Below, piece after piece: positions 37,994 through 51,323 of a stretch of DNA of 64,000 bases. The number at the start of each line of letters is the position of its first letter. Position 1 is the stretch's first letter. A model generated the notes under the pieces. The model had not been told where the DNA came from. It did not search any database and saw only the letters and a program-made list of their open reading frames with translations. The stretch is from Octopus vulgaris (taxonomy: Eukaryota): positions 88,102,001-88,166,000 of the forward strand of contig OX597822.1 of NCBI GenBank assembly GCA_951406725.2. Direction: 5' to 3'. Made by a program: the position numbers and the translations under genes.

Positions 37994-38081
37994 TGTAGTA
38001 CAATTGTTTCATGCCACTTCATTTTATTAAACACTGTAAGTATTACATCAGTTTTAAAATGTTGAGCAATCTTCAGCCACA
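37994..38081 (-). ncRNA. Type I hammerhead motif in a (TA)n-flanked element with about 62-bp inverted ends
   Basis: Minus: TGTGG-CTGAAGA-TTGC...GCAT-GAAA-CAATTG-TA^CTACA; IR 37961-38022 vs 38161-38222. Confidence 0.62.
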
Positions 38082-38310
38082 TATAGAATTTTTCAATTAA
38101 ACGGACAATGCACATTCTTATACTTATTTCATTTGCCAACATTACAAAGAGGATAGATATATGAAGTGGTATGAAACAATTGTACTACACTACCTTGGAT
38201 ATCCTTGTTGCTTATTTGGATTTTTATCACCCCATTTGATTTATATGGATAATACCATACAAAATTCTGGTGCCTTTAACCATATTCATCTGAATCTAAA
38301 TTTTGCTGAA

Positions 38311-38372
<62 letters not shown>

Positions 38373-38463
38373 TATATTTAATGTAGGATAAAATTTTTTT
38401 TGAAAAAAATTTTATCAATGGCCAACATATTAAAAAATACCTTTAAAGGTTAAAATTATAAAC

Positions 38464-38813
38464 AACTTATAAATAAGGGCAAACGAAAAATTTCTAATGC
38501 CAAATATGCCGAAAATTGGACATATTGTCCATTACCATATAATTTTTCACAATACGCATGCTACTCGAAAAAAAAAAAAAGCCAACAGAAATTTCTAAAA
38601 ATTCCATTATTACCATATCGGACCGATTTCAGGGTTCTCACGAACTAACCCTGAAATCGGTTCGATATGGTAATAATGGAATTTTTAAGAAATTTCTGTC
38701 GGCTTTTTTTTCGAGTATGCGTATTGTAAAAAATTATATGGTAATGGACAATATATCCAATTTTCGGCATATTTGGCATTAGAAATTTTTTCGTTTGCTC
38801 TTATTTATAAGTT
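38464..38813. repeat. Long fold-back, arms about 170 bp, 10-nt loop
   Basis: 38464-38636 is the reverse complement of 38647-38813 with scattered mismatches and indels. Confidence 0.92.
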
Positions 38814-41800
38814 ATATATATTTATGTGTCTGTGTTTGACCCCACCCTTCACTGCTTGATAGCTGTTGTTGGTGTGTTTACATCCCTATAACTTAGCGAT
38901 TCAGCAAAAGAGACCGATAGAATAAGTTCTGGGCTTAAAAGATAAGTCCTGGGGTTAATTTGTTTGACTAAAACCCTTCAAAGCAGTGCACCAGAATAGC
39001 AACAATCAAATAATTGAAACAAGTAAAAGCAAAAAAATATAAAAAAGACTTTCCCTTACTCAGTAGATTTTAAACTATAAAGGTGCAGGCATGGATGTGT
39101 GGTAAAAAGTTTACTTCCAAACCACATGGTTTCAGGTTCAACTTCCTTGTGTGACACCTTGGGAGGGTGTCTTCTACTATAAACCTTAGTCTGTCTAAAG
39201 CTTTTTGAGTGGATTTAGTTGACAAAAACTGAAAAAAGCCCTTTGTACATGTGTGTGTGTGTGTGTGTGTGTGCATGTTAGTTTCTCCTCACCTTGATTT
39301 CCTGTGATGTTTGTAAATATATGTCACCATCATGCAAGTGACATCCCTCATCTCCAATCTTCTGAGAAAAACACATCTAAACATAGGGAATCTTACCTTA
39401 CTTGGAAACAGGGTGGATTGGTAACAGAAAGAAAATCTGCCTCAACAAATTCTGTCTGACCCATGCAAGCATGGAAAAGTGGACATTAAATGATGATGAT
39501 GATGTAAGTAGCTGGAGTTATTTAATCCATTTGCAGTGCTAAGCATAAGTTCCCCAAAGAATTACAAATGCTATAAAACCCATCAAAAACTGCTGTCATG
39601 AAGAATCTTGCTTCGCAGCCACATGATGTTGGATTCAGTGCTACTGTGTGACATCTTAGGCAAATGTCTTCTTCTATAGCCCAAGACTGATAAAAGCTTT
39701 GAGAGTGGATTTCTTTGACGGAAACTGAAAGCCTCTCATGTATATATGAGGGCACATGGCTTAGTGGTTAGGGTGTTGGACTCACGATCGCGAGATCTTG
39801 ATTTCAATTCCTAGACTGGATGGTGCATTGTGTTCTTGAGCAAAACACTTCATCTCATGTTGTTCTCCAATAACTTTGACACCTGACTCATGGTGTACTG
39901 TGCCCCTGTTCAGACAACATCGATTTGGTGGAGAGAGGTAGCTAACATGCAGCACAAACATTTGATCACTATAAACAAATCATTTGTGCAGGTTGTTTGG
40001 AAAAAGCTAAACACTCATACATCGTCTTCCACGGGAGATTCTACCATATCATCCTCATCCTTTAATGACCCTTTTTTATGTTGTCATGGGTTGGACAGCT
40101 TGACCAGAACTGACAAGTAGGAGAACTGTATGAGATTCCAGTCTGATTTGGTTTGGCTTCTTCTGCTGGATGCCCTTCCTAATGCCAACCACTTTACAGA
40201 GTATGCTGGGTATTGTCTATGTTGCACTATTTGGTATGAGTGCCTGCATGGGTGCTATTACATGGAACCAGCACAGGTACTTTTTACTTGGTGCTGGTAC
40301 AGGTGCTTTTAAGGTGGTGAGCTGGCAGAAATGTTAGCACGCTGGGCGAAATGCTTAGCGGTATTTCGTCTGTTGCTACGTTCTGAGTTCAAATTCCGCC
40401 AAGGTTGACTTTGCCTTTCATCCTTTCGGGGTCGATTAAATAAGTACCAGTTACGCACTGGAGTTTATGTAATCGACTTAATCCCTTTGTCTGTCCTTGT
40501 TTGTCGCCTCTGTGTGTAGCCCCTTGTGGGCAGTAAAGAAATAGGTATTTCGTCTGCCGCTACATTCTTAGTTCAAATTCCGCCACGGTTGACTTTGCCT
40601 TTCATCCTTTCGGGGTCGATTAAATATGTACCAATTACGCACTGGGGTTGATATAATCGACTTAATCCCTTTGTCTGTCCTTGTTTGTCCCCTCTATGGG
40701 CAATAAAGAAATAGGTATAGGTGCTTTTTACATGGCACTGGCACAGAGCTCTTGCAGGCCAATCCTCTTCATCAGGTCATGTCTTCTTGAATAGAGCAAG
40801 GTGCCTGATACCCTTTGTCATCTCAGTAAGATTCTGTGTCCTGAGATTATCCTTCAGTACTTCGTTCCATGTCTTCATGGGTCTCCCTCTTTCACAAGTT
40901 CCATCCAATTTGAGTGATCAGCACTTCTTTATGGAGCTATCTACATTCATCTGCATAACAAATAACATGTATGTGTGTTTATGTGGACCCTTCTCTTGAC
41001 ATCACATGATGGCTGTAAACAAGTAGTACCGTCATGCATGTAATGTTGTTTCATTTCCAATCTTCTGTGGGGAACATGTCTGGCCATGGGAGAATATTAC
41101 CTTGCCTGGAAACAGGTATGGGTTAAATGATAGGAAGAGCATCCAGCTATATAAAATCTCCCTCAACAAATTCCATCCAACCCATGCAAGCATGAAAAAG
41201 TGGATGTTAAAACAATGATAATGATGACAATGATGATGGCGATGATATTCAGTTATCATATACTCTAATACCTAGTGATACGGATATGAATAAATGTCTT
41301 CTACAGTGGTTTTACATCAACTCAAGTATTTTGAGTGAAATTGGCTGATGGAAATTGTGCGGAATCCTGACAGCTGATCTGTCTCTGTGTTTGGGTGGTA
41401 GATATATTCTGTCAAGAAGTTTAACATCAGCACCACCTGGGTACCCTTTGGAACCTTTTGTAGAATACACTTAGTTGCAAGTATTTTGCTACATTCATTC
41501 TAACTGCAGCATCTCCAAAGTTGAGGTTTTTTCCTCCTCACCATAATTTGAGAACTTGAAAAATGGGTTTTGGTAAGATTTTCCTCTCATTAAACCTTTC
41601 TGCTTAAGAAGTGTGACAACTAAACAGATTTAGTTTTGATCCCGTTGAACACCACTTGACCCACAGATCTTCAGTGATAGCTTTTGGTTGATCAGCACCT
41701 TGTGAGAGAATTTATAAGAATTTTGAAGAAATCCTTTGGTTCTTCCTCTCTCTCTTTATATATATATATATATATAGTGGAGGCATAGTGGTTAGGGCAG

Positions 41801-42076
41801 CGGACTCGCAGTTGTAGGATCGCGGTTTCAATTCCCAGACCGGGTGTTGTGAGTGTTTATTGAGTGAAAACACCTAGAGCTCCACAAGGCTCTGGCAGGG
41901 GGTGGTGGCGATCCCTGCTGTACTCTTTCACCACAACTTTCTCTCACTCTTTCTTCTGTTGGCCTGCTCACTTAGCCAGTGGGGTGGCGTCATTTGAAGA
42001 CGAAAACAATGCGAAGCACATTGTGACCAGCGATGTGTAGCAACATCTGATAGCCTGGTCAGTCATGGTGATCACA

Positions 42077-42110
<34 letters not shown>

Positions 42111-42369
42111 CATCAACAACAACATTTAACATCCTCATGTATGAGTTGGATGGCTTGACAGGAACTGACAAGGCCAGGGGTCACACCAGGTTCCGTAGTC
42201 TGTTTTGACTTGGTTTCAAAGGCTGGATGCCCTTTCTAATGCCAACCATTCCACAAAGTGTACTAGGTGCTTTGTACATGACACCATCACCAATGGTTTT
42301 TATGTGATCATCATCATATAAAGTCCACTTTTCCATGCTTGCATGCGTTAGATGGAATTTGTTGAGGCA

Positions 42370-42690
42370 GGTTTTCTCATCATCATTCATCATTGTTCGA
42401 CCGTAGTCGAGACAATGGAATTTACTATGTTATGCCAGACTTCACAGTCCATTATAGCATTACGGCGGTCCTGTTGCTGGATGCCTGTATCCCTGGAGAT
42501 TACATCAGGGTAGGAGAGTGTGCGCCCTCTGGTATCGCGAGCAGATGGCTTCCAGAGGAGAAAAGTAGAAATTACCTCGTTTTCAGCTCTACAACAATGT
42601 CCAGCAAACTGGATTCTTTTACCTTTCACAAGAGATGATACAGGTGGTAATTTCCCATATATTTGTACTTTGGTTGGATGACGCTTCCAT
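42370..42690 (-). mobile_element. RTE/RTE-X LINE 3' end with (ATG)n tail
   Basis: SWKRHPTKVQIYGKLPPVS...FAGHCCR...LLWKP...GR. Confidence 0.75.
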
Positions 42691-43190
42691 GAGAGATGGT
42701 TTTCTATGCCTGGGTACCTTTCCTGTTGCCATCCTTCACCTGTTTCCAAGCAGGGTAACATACTCTAAAAGCCAGATATATTTTTCATGGAAGTCTGGAA
42801 ATGAACATTGCTTGTATAGCAGTGATACTCATTTGCAACCATTACATGATGTCAAGACAAAGATATTTACACACACACGGTAACATGAAGGTGCATGGCT
42901 TAGTCGCTAGGATATTCATCTCACGGTCATAAGGTTGTAAGTTCCATTTCTGACAGTGCTTTTTATCCTTCAGCACGACACTTTATTTCACATTGCTCGA
43001 GTTCACTTAGCTAGCAAAAATGAGTAGTACCTGTAATTCATATGGGGCCAGCCTTGTCACATTCTGTGTCATGCTGAATCTCCCAGAAAGCCATGTTAAA
43101 TGTACACATCTGTAGAGTGCTCAGCCATTTGCAGGGTGGTCTGTTGATTGAACCAACTGCAACCCTTATTATCGTAACCTACAGAGGGCT

Positions 43191-43222
<32 letters not shown>

Positions 43223-45579
43223 TGTATGAATGTATATATGATGAGCTTCTTTAATTTCCATCTACCAAATTCTCTCACAAGACTTTCGTCAACCTGAAGC
43301 CACAGTGGAAAACACTTGCCCAAGATAATGAACCTGAGACCTTACAAGATATATTAAAATAAATCCCAATACCTATATAAATGAATTAAACACTGAAGAC
43401 AGTGTCACCACAAATCAATAACAGAAATCATTAAATATATAACATTGAATTAAGTTTAGTTACATGCTTCATACTGTAATCCAAACCCCTCTCTTTTATG
43501 AAATTTAAAACAAAAAAAAAACCTCCTTTTCTAATTTCCTTGTTATTCTGCTAAATTCTTTCTCAGGTAATTATTTCTTCCTTTTTTGTGTAATCCAACT
43601 TTGGTTTATTCACTTCTTAAGCAACAGTTCTTTTTCTTTTACCTTGCCTCACTTTTCCATTTGATTTTCATAGAATTTACTTTTCAGTGTGTTGCTCTCA
43701 AATCTTTGCTTTTGATTCAGTTGCTGATTTCTCTCTTGTTATTTATCTACTTATATATATATACATATTGCTTCAGACACCTATTCTCTACCCTCTTTTT
43801 TACCTTTCCTATCTATCTATCATATATATACACACACACACATATCTGTATATATTGTTGAAACCACAAGAACTCTATAATCTTTCAAGAGAAAATGGAA
43901 TAATCCCTGTTTGGAATAGCATCTCTCAAAGCACACACACAAAGCCACAACCAATAGCATGCTCACACTAAACTAAAAAATACATCTTTGATGGAAAACA
44001 TCAAAGACCTTTGACTTTTTCCATCAAAGTTGGTGGGGGGGTAGGTTCGGCCCATTATTTGGATACTGTTATTTGTGGCTTTGTGTGTGTGCTTCATGAT
44101 ACACTATTCCAAAAGGGAGATATATACCTACAAACATTCATATATATATATATGTATATATAGATATATATTGATAGTGTTGCACAGTATATTACTACCT
44201 ATGTCTTACAATGAGTTGTCAACATGTCGTCATTTGTGTCGTGCTGACTTTGCACTTGACAATATTCGCAACTTTTCAGACATTATGGTCTGTTATATGC
44301 CATGACCAGTAATATACTGCTCAACAGATTAAAAATCTAACTGCAATATTTCTCAAATTAAGTGTGCCTTTCTTTCTGACTTATGAGCAAATAATTAATT
44401 TAATACATACATGCATATATATATATAAAATTATAATTTAGGGTACCAAAGAAATACCACCACGCTGGAAATAGCAGTCAAAGCTTGACTCTAAAACCAC
44501 ATTAAATGTTGATACAGCACCAGGAGAGAAGACAAAGAGACAACTAGCAAGATCGGTATTTAAATATCGATCTTATCCTTATTTATATATATTTATATAT
44601 ATATATATATGAGCAAGTAATTAATGCATATATACGAGGGCTGATCAATAAGTATCCGGACTGTTGCCACAGTAATAAAGTTAAAGCATGCAAAGTGAAG
44701 ATGCTTGGCACAGTTTGACCGTGAACTCTGCTGTGCATACACACAAAGTTTTAATGTGTGTAGCATGTGGTCGTCATATTGACCTTGACAGAGGAAGTTG
44801 CCATGGCGATACCTGCTCAGGGGCTTATGCAATGTTGCAGAAAGTGTATGGAGAGGAGTGTATGAGTAGTTCAAACGTTTCCAAGATGGCCAAAAAAAAT
44901 GTCAATATTAACAAACAATCTAGGAGACCCATAACCAGCAAAACTGAGAAAAACATCGCAGATGTGCCTGCAGCTGTGAGGGGACATCATCGAAACACCA
45001 TCTGTTGATTAGCTTCAAGAGACCATCGCCTCTAGCTAGCTATGTGACACACAACCTGTGTCCATTGCAACCGTCTAACAGGGGAGGTCATCAGCTTCCC
45101 CATGCTGATTCAGACATCCACAAACTTGTTTCAGGCTATTTTCCCTTTGTCAATGTGGAGTAATCAAACCCAGAAGGCGTTGCTGTTGACTGTCTGTTTG
45201 AAGGTTTATATATATTCAGTGGAACACATCCACTGGTTTTCAAAAATAGAAATATTATTATTTCAAAATCTCTCTAAGAGAGACTATGGCAGCAGTACTG
45301 GCTATTAATAGTTATTACTGAGCTAACATGGTAGTCCAGAAAAGTGGAACAAATGCTGCCATTGATTATCTCCAAGAGGCCATTACAACCTTCAAACATG
45401 GGAGGTCATCTGCTGGGTTCGAATACTCCAATTTGATAAAGGGCAAATAACCTGAAACTAGTCTGTGGATGTCTGAACCAGCAAGAGGAAGCTGATGACT
45501 CTGTTCAGAGAAATACACCATCACAGACAGCTCAGAATATTAATGGAGTATTTCATTCTTGTAATTTTTGCCTCACAAA

Positions 45580-46510
45580 CGAGCAACGTGGTCGACTAGA
45601 AACAAAGGTGGATAATGATGAACTGATAGCCACCGTTGAGTCCATCTCAAAGTGCCTGTGAATTATTGTTGTTGTTTGGTGTTAGCAAGCAAACAATATT
45701 GACCCACCTAGTTCAAATCGGTTAGTGAAAGATTTGGATAAATAGGTTCCACATGAACTCAATGAAAATCAGAAACAGCAATGTTTGGAAGCCTGCATTA
45801 TGCTACTTTCTCTTCACAAAAATATATCATTTTTTAATCAAATTGTAACATGATGAGAAATAGATCCAACAACCGTAAACGTTCAGTACAATAGCTGGAC
45901 AAAGATGAGCTACCAAAACACAATCCAAAAAGCAAAATTCATCAAAAGAAGCTGATGGTGTGTGTGTGTGGTGGTCTGGCAAAGGTGTGATTCACTATGG
46001 TTTCATTAAACCTGACTCATCAATCATGGCCAACGTATACTGCTGGCCAACTGGACCAAATGATGCAAAAACTTACAAAAAGCAAAATAAACAACCTAGA
46101 TTAGTCAACAGGTCCACTCCTATTTTATTGCAAGACAACACCAGACCACACATCACAAAAATGACAGTGGCAAAACTACAGGTGTTGGAGTTGGAAGTTT
46201 TCCATCATCCACCATACTCGCCTGATCTTGCCCCTACTGACTACAACTTCTTCCAAAATTTGGATAACTTTTTGATAGGAAAAAAATTTAATCCTGACAA
46301 TGCTGTAAAACAAGGCTTCTAAGATTTTATTGACTCTAGATTGCCAGGCTTTTACAGTTCCAGGCTGGACAAGCTACTACTGAAATGGCAAGAGTGTATT
46401 GACAATATATGTGCATACTTTGATGAATAAAACTATATTCCTTGTATTACATTGTTTACATTTGACAGATATTAGAACTGTATTCCTTGTATTTACAAAA
46501 CATTACCAGA
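45580..46510 (+). mobile_element. Decayed mariner transposase (DD34D)
   Basis: VPHEL, IHQKKLMV.VWW, LLQDNTRPH, HPPYSPDLAPTDYNFF. Confidence 0.88.
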
Positions 46511-46539
<29 letters not shown>

Positions 46540-46546
<7 letters not shown>

Positions 46547-46746
46547 GGCAAGCAACAGGTTGCTTAGCCACATACCGAAAAATTAGACTTTGTTTTCATT
46601 ATTTTTTTCCTTCTTTTTACATATGTGAGTCACATGTATATGTTGTATGTGGAGTTATATTTGTAGAAAATAGAAATAAGCGGTCTTTGACTGCTATTTC
46701 TAATTTTTCGGTATGTGGCTAAGCAACCTGTTGCTTGCCCTTTTAT
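46540..46746. repeat. Perfect 48-bp inverted repeat, 111-nt spacer, flanked by (TA)n
   Basis: 46540-46587 vs 46699-46746. Confidence 0.9.
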
Positions 46747-47174
46747 TTATATTTATATATATAGAACTTTTTTAAAAAAGTTCCTACCGATAATGGTTAT
46801 ATTTCCATACCGAAATCTACCCGGAAATAATTGTTGGTTTTATAATTAATGATTATTTACCCTTATATATATATATATATATATATATACTTGTGTGTGT
46901 GTTTGCATTTGTCCTGTCCCCCACCATTTGACTACTGGTGTTGGTTTGTTTATGTTCCCATGACTTAACAATTTGGCAAAAAAGATTTTGATGGAGTAAG
47001 TATAACATTTATAGAAAAAGGTACAGAGGTAAGTTTGTTCCACTAAACCTTTCAGGCAATACCACAGCATGGCCTCAGTCTAATGACGGAAACAAGTAAA
47101 AAATAAGAAGTAAAAGATATACATGCATACATATATACATACATACATATGCACATGCACCCACAAGCACACAG

Positions 47175-47740
47175 AAGAGGGTCAGCTGAAAATTCTATTG
47201 GCTGACCAAGATAGAATGTAATCAAATGAAGTTTATGTTTTTCAACATAGTTCCCTTTGCAGTCCACATAATTCTTCCCATCGGTGTTGCCATGCTTGGA
47301 TCCCACCATTGAAGAGACTTTCATCCTGTTGATAAAAAATGTCATCAACCACAGCTGATATCATCATCACTGCGATACTGATTTTCAGCCAACTGATTTT
47401 TTGTGTTGGGGAACAGTTGATAGTTACATGGGGCCAAGTAAGAATAGGGAAGGTGATCATTCAGTTCAAAGCCACAGTCATGCACAGCAGCCATTGAAAC
47501 CAAGGGCTATTCACCTTATGAAACAATACCTCTTTCATCGGTTTTCTTGCGTGTTTGGTCCTTATGGCCTTTCATAACGGCCTCAGTAAGTTGGCATAGT
47601 GCTCTCCATTGAAAGTGTAACCCTTTTGAAGATAATCAATAAATGCAATGTCTTTCACATCCCCAAAAACTGAGGCCATCATCTTCCCTGCAGATGAAAT
47701 GACCTTGACCTTCATTGAACTTTTCAGCCCACTCCCATGT
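47175..47740 (-). mobile_element. Internally deleted mariner remnant
   Basis: Minus-strand GIQAWQHRWE..V...G.YVEK transposase tail; TIR-like GCTGAAAA ends. Confidence 0.65.
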
Positions 47741-47905
47741 ATATACATCATTATTTTATTATATTATTTTGAAGGCTTCTTACAGAAACCTATGAAACTT
47801 TAAGGTTTATGGGTCCAAATTTAACAGTTTAAATAATAATATATGTATCTCCTACTAAATGTGTTGAGTGCTTCTTTCTTTCGTTTGTCCACTCACTCAG
47901 AAATA

Positions 47906-47952
<47 letters not shown>

Positions 47953-47957
47953 ATATA

Positions 47958-48015
<58 letters not shown>

Positions 48016-48081
48016 GGTCCCGGGGTGAGTCGGGGTTAACCACAGCAAATAAGGTACTCAATACATAGCAGAGTAAAATAA

Positions 48082-48239
48082 TTTATTTTATAGAAGGACC
48101 TTCTACAGGACTAGAACTGTTTCATTCAAATGAAATCTTCAGGAAGCTGGCTGTCAAGATTTATCTTGACAGACAGCTTCCTGAAGATTTCATTTGAATG
48201 AAACAGTTCTAGTCCTGTAGAAAGCTCCTTCTATAAAAT

Positions 48240-48242
<3 letters not shown>
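48082..48242. ncRNA. Near-perfect palindrome (79/80-nt arms, 2-nt loop) with a type I hammerhead motif on each strand
   Basis: Plus 48175-48226: AGCTTC-CTGAAGA-TTTC(ATTT)GAAT-GAAA-CAG(TTCTAGTC)CTG-TA^GAAAGCT; mirror copy on minus 48098-48148. Confidence 0.72.
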
Positions 48243-48273
<31 letters not shown>

Positions 48274-49119
48274 TAGATAGATAGATATGTACAGATATGG
48301 CTGTGATGGTATGATCATGTGATACATATGGACAAGGACTGCTGTATAAAGAAGCACTGATCTCTAACTGTGGACGAGAAACTGTGGTAGAGGTAGATCC
48401 TGGAAGACATGGAATGAGGTGGTGAAGCATGGTTTTTGAATGTTGGGCCTCACAGAAACAATGACTAGTGACTGAGCCCCTTGGTGATATGCTGTGCTTG
48501 AGATCTGTCAAGTGAAATTGTAGTCATGGCTTGATGCTGGTGTCACATAAGTGGCATGTAAAATGCAGCATTCGAGTGCTAGACCTCACAGAGGTAATGT
48601 GACCAATGAGGTGGCATGTAAAAGCACCCATTACACTCTTGGAGTGGTTGACATTAGGAAGGGCATCCAGCCGTAGAAGCTCTCAGCTTACCAGCCCTGG
48701 TCAAACTGTCCAACCCATGCCAGGATGGACAATGGACATTAAATGATGATAAAAGGAAGGTAAATAAGAATTAAATAAATCTGGGTAATCCCTCCTTAAG
48801 CCCTCTGTAGAAATAGAACTTGGCTAGAGAAACTGATCAGTTGATATTATCGTAAACCATATTGGCTGTTATTCTTCTCTTGTGAAAGGTATGATTTGTA
48901 AATCTGAAGTAGAGCAATTAGTTTTGGTGCATTAATTGCAGAGTATATTAGAAAAACTATGAATAATGAAGATGTATTATCAATAATTTATTTAGCTTAC
49001 ATATGTTTCAAATAGTTTAGCACAATGCAACTGTTGCATATTGCAATGTGCATATTTAATCAGTCCTTCATATACATATAACTGATATATATGTATTTCT
49101 ATTTTTTCTCCCGTTACAG

Positions 49120-49237
49120 GAATGTCTCTGATTATGGTTTTGTTGGTTGCATCAGAAATCTACAAATAGATTTGATATCTGAAGGATTCAAAGAAAAAGA
49201 AGAATTATACCAGATGAGTGCTGGCTGCCCATCTTTA
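49120..49237 (+). CDS. Laminin alpha exon 14 (LG2 end) NVSDYGFVGCIRNL...AGCPSL
   Basis: tacag|G ... TTA|gtaagt, phase 2/0; follows a 14,535-nt intron. Confidence 0.92.
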
Positions 49238-50558
49238 GTAAGTGTTTTTATAATAACAATATAAATAACAAGCAAAGCAACATATTTTTCATTATCCCCC
49301 ACTTGCCTGTTGCTTATTCTATGCTCTCACATCTCATCATGTCTTTTCCTCTCCACTTGCACCAATTCTATTTCCTCTTACCTCCCTATTATCTCTTCTA
49401 TTCATCACACCAAGCCACATAGTTGGAGGAAAAATCATTCAACATTTGTACTTATTTCATCTTTTCCCATCTCTCCAAAGTCTCTTTCCTACTCACTATG
49501 CCATACCACAATGCATTCTGAATCCCCTTATCTTCATTATATATATCCTGCTACTCCTCTTCCTTCTAACTTTCTGAATTGTGATGTTTGAGTAGAGAAA
49601 GGAGCGATTGCACTCTTTCAACTTTCACTTTCCTTGGCCTTTCTGTCATTATGCTTTCTCTGTTTACTTTCCTGGACGTGATGCTTTGAGAATGTGCTCT
49701 GGCACACCTCCCCTGTAATTTCTGTTGATCTCTCCTCTACAACCCTCTCACAACAATAAATCTATTCCTCCCATCATACTGCAACTTCCCCCCAACACCT
49801 CTCTCTCTTTCACACACACACACATACACATTCTTTGTGTCAATTGTGGAAGCTCTTTCACTCTGTGAGTTACAAGATGATCTCACTATTGCTGTTGGCA
49901 TTAAAAAAGGACTCAGTACATTCTGTAAAGTAGTCAGTGGATTCAGCAGCACCTGTGCACAGTTTGAGAGGACATTTTAGCCTTGCTGATGGCAAGACAA
50001 CCTGTATAGTGCTGGTGCCATAATAAAAGCCGTTAGTACAAAATGTCTTGCTCAAAGGCACAATGCACCATCAGATATTGATCTCACGACCTTGCAATCC
50101 TGAGCCAAATACCCTAACTACTAAGCCATGTACCTTCACAGCTATGTATATATTTACATGTAAAAATGTTTATATAGGTGTGGCTGTGTGGTAAGAAGCT
50201 TGCTTCCCAACTACATGGTTCTTGGTTCAATCTCACTGCATGGTAACTTGGGTGTCTTCTACTATACCCTCAGGCTGACCAAAGTCTTGTGAGTGGATTT
50301 GGTAGGCAGAAACTGAAAGAAGCCCATCATATATAACTCTTTAACTTGTTTCAACTTTAAAGCTGCAGTCATGCTAGGGCATCACCATTATGTGTGTGTC
50401 TGTGTTTGAGTCTGTGTTTGTCCTTCAGTACTACTTGACAACTGGTGTTGGTGTGTTTATATCCCTGTAACTTAGTGATCACACTTGGATAGTGCTCTTA
50501 GCGCTCCACTGGCACAGGTACAAGTCATCGAATTTGCGAATTTGATTTTATATATGTA

Positions 50559-50654
<96 letters not shown>

Positions 50655-51062
50655 AAATGGGACCAGAACGCAAAACATCCAGATCGACAATGCAAAGGAA
50701 ACAAGGATGGGTCAATCAGAGTTTTCTTTCCTCAGTCGAATTGCAGTTTATCTTTGCAATTTCAGCTGGTTATACTCAAGATTGCTCCAATCTGACCAGC
50801 CCCAAGGAAAAACTAAGCTAATTGCATTAGATTCCATATATATATGTATTTGTGGGCATGTATGTTTGAATGTGAGTGCATGTGTGCAGCTATTGGAATG
50901 TATGTGTGCATGTGTACAGCTAGGTGGATATGTGTATGTGCAGTTAGATGAGTATGTGTGTGTGTGTACAACCAGGTGGATGTATGTGTACAGCCAGTGG
51001 GATATGTGTGTGCATATGTAATTAATAAGTTTCTTTTGATGTTATCTCAATTTCATTTTCAG

Positions 51063-51224
51063 ATTGCACAGTCAGTACGATTCCCACCATTTGGAAACGA
51101 CTATGTATTCAAGTCTTACCAGATGCAGATGTTAGGATTTGTTTTCCATCTAATTCTGAAATTCAGAGTTGGCTTACAAAAAAGCAATAGCATTCTAGTA
51201 CATGCATCTATAGATGGCGGCACA
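51063..51224 (+). CDS. Laminin alpha exon 15 (LG3 start) IAQSVRF...DGGT
   Basis: tttcag|ATT ... ACA|gtaagt, phase 0/0. Confidence 0.88.
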
Positions 51225-51289
51225 GTAAGTGATATCTACTGATTTATATGCTCTTGGACAACAACTACAATCATCATCATCACCATCAC

Positions 51290-51323
<34 letters not shown>

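Noticed and set aside
45487-45520. CTGATGA-C-TCTG(TT)CAGA-GAAA hammerhead look-alike
   Set aside because: No helix III, cleavage triplet or helix I partner; the sister copy has different sequence after CTGATGA.
34585-49119. Nested gene or missing exon in the 14.5-kb intron
   Set aside because: Exons 13 and 14 join in phase to a continuous LG2; the intron content is largely explained by repeats and I found no spliceable coding chain.
50740-50815. Hammerhead-shaped fold on minus (GCTGG..CCAGC-T-GAAA-TTGCAA)
   Set aside because: Core reads CTTGGG and there is no NUH triplet; too degenerate to call without a family consensus.
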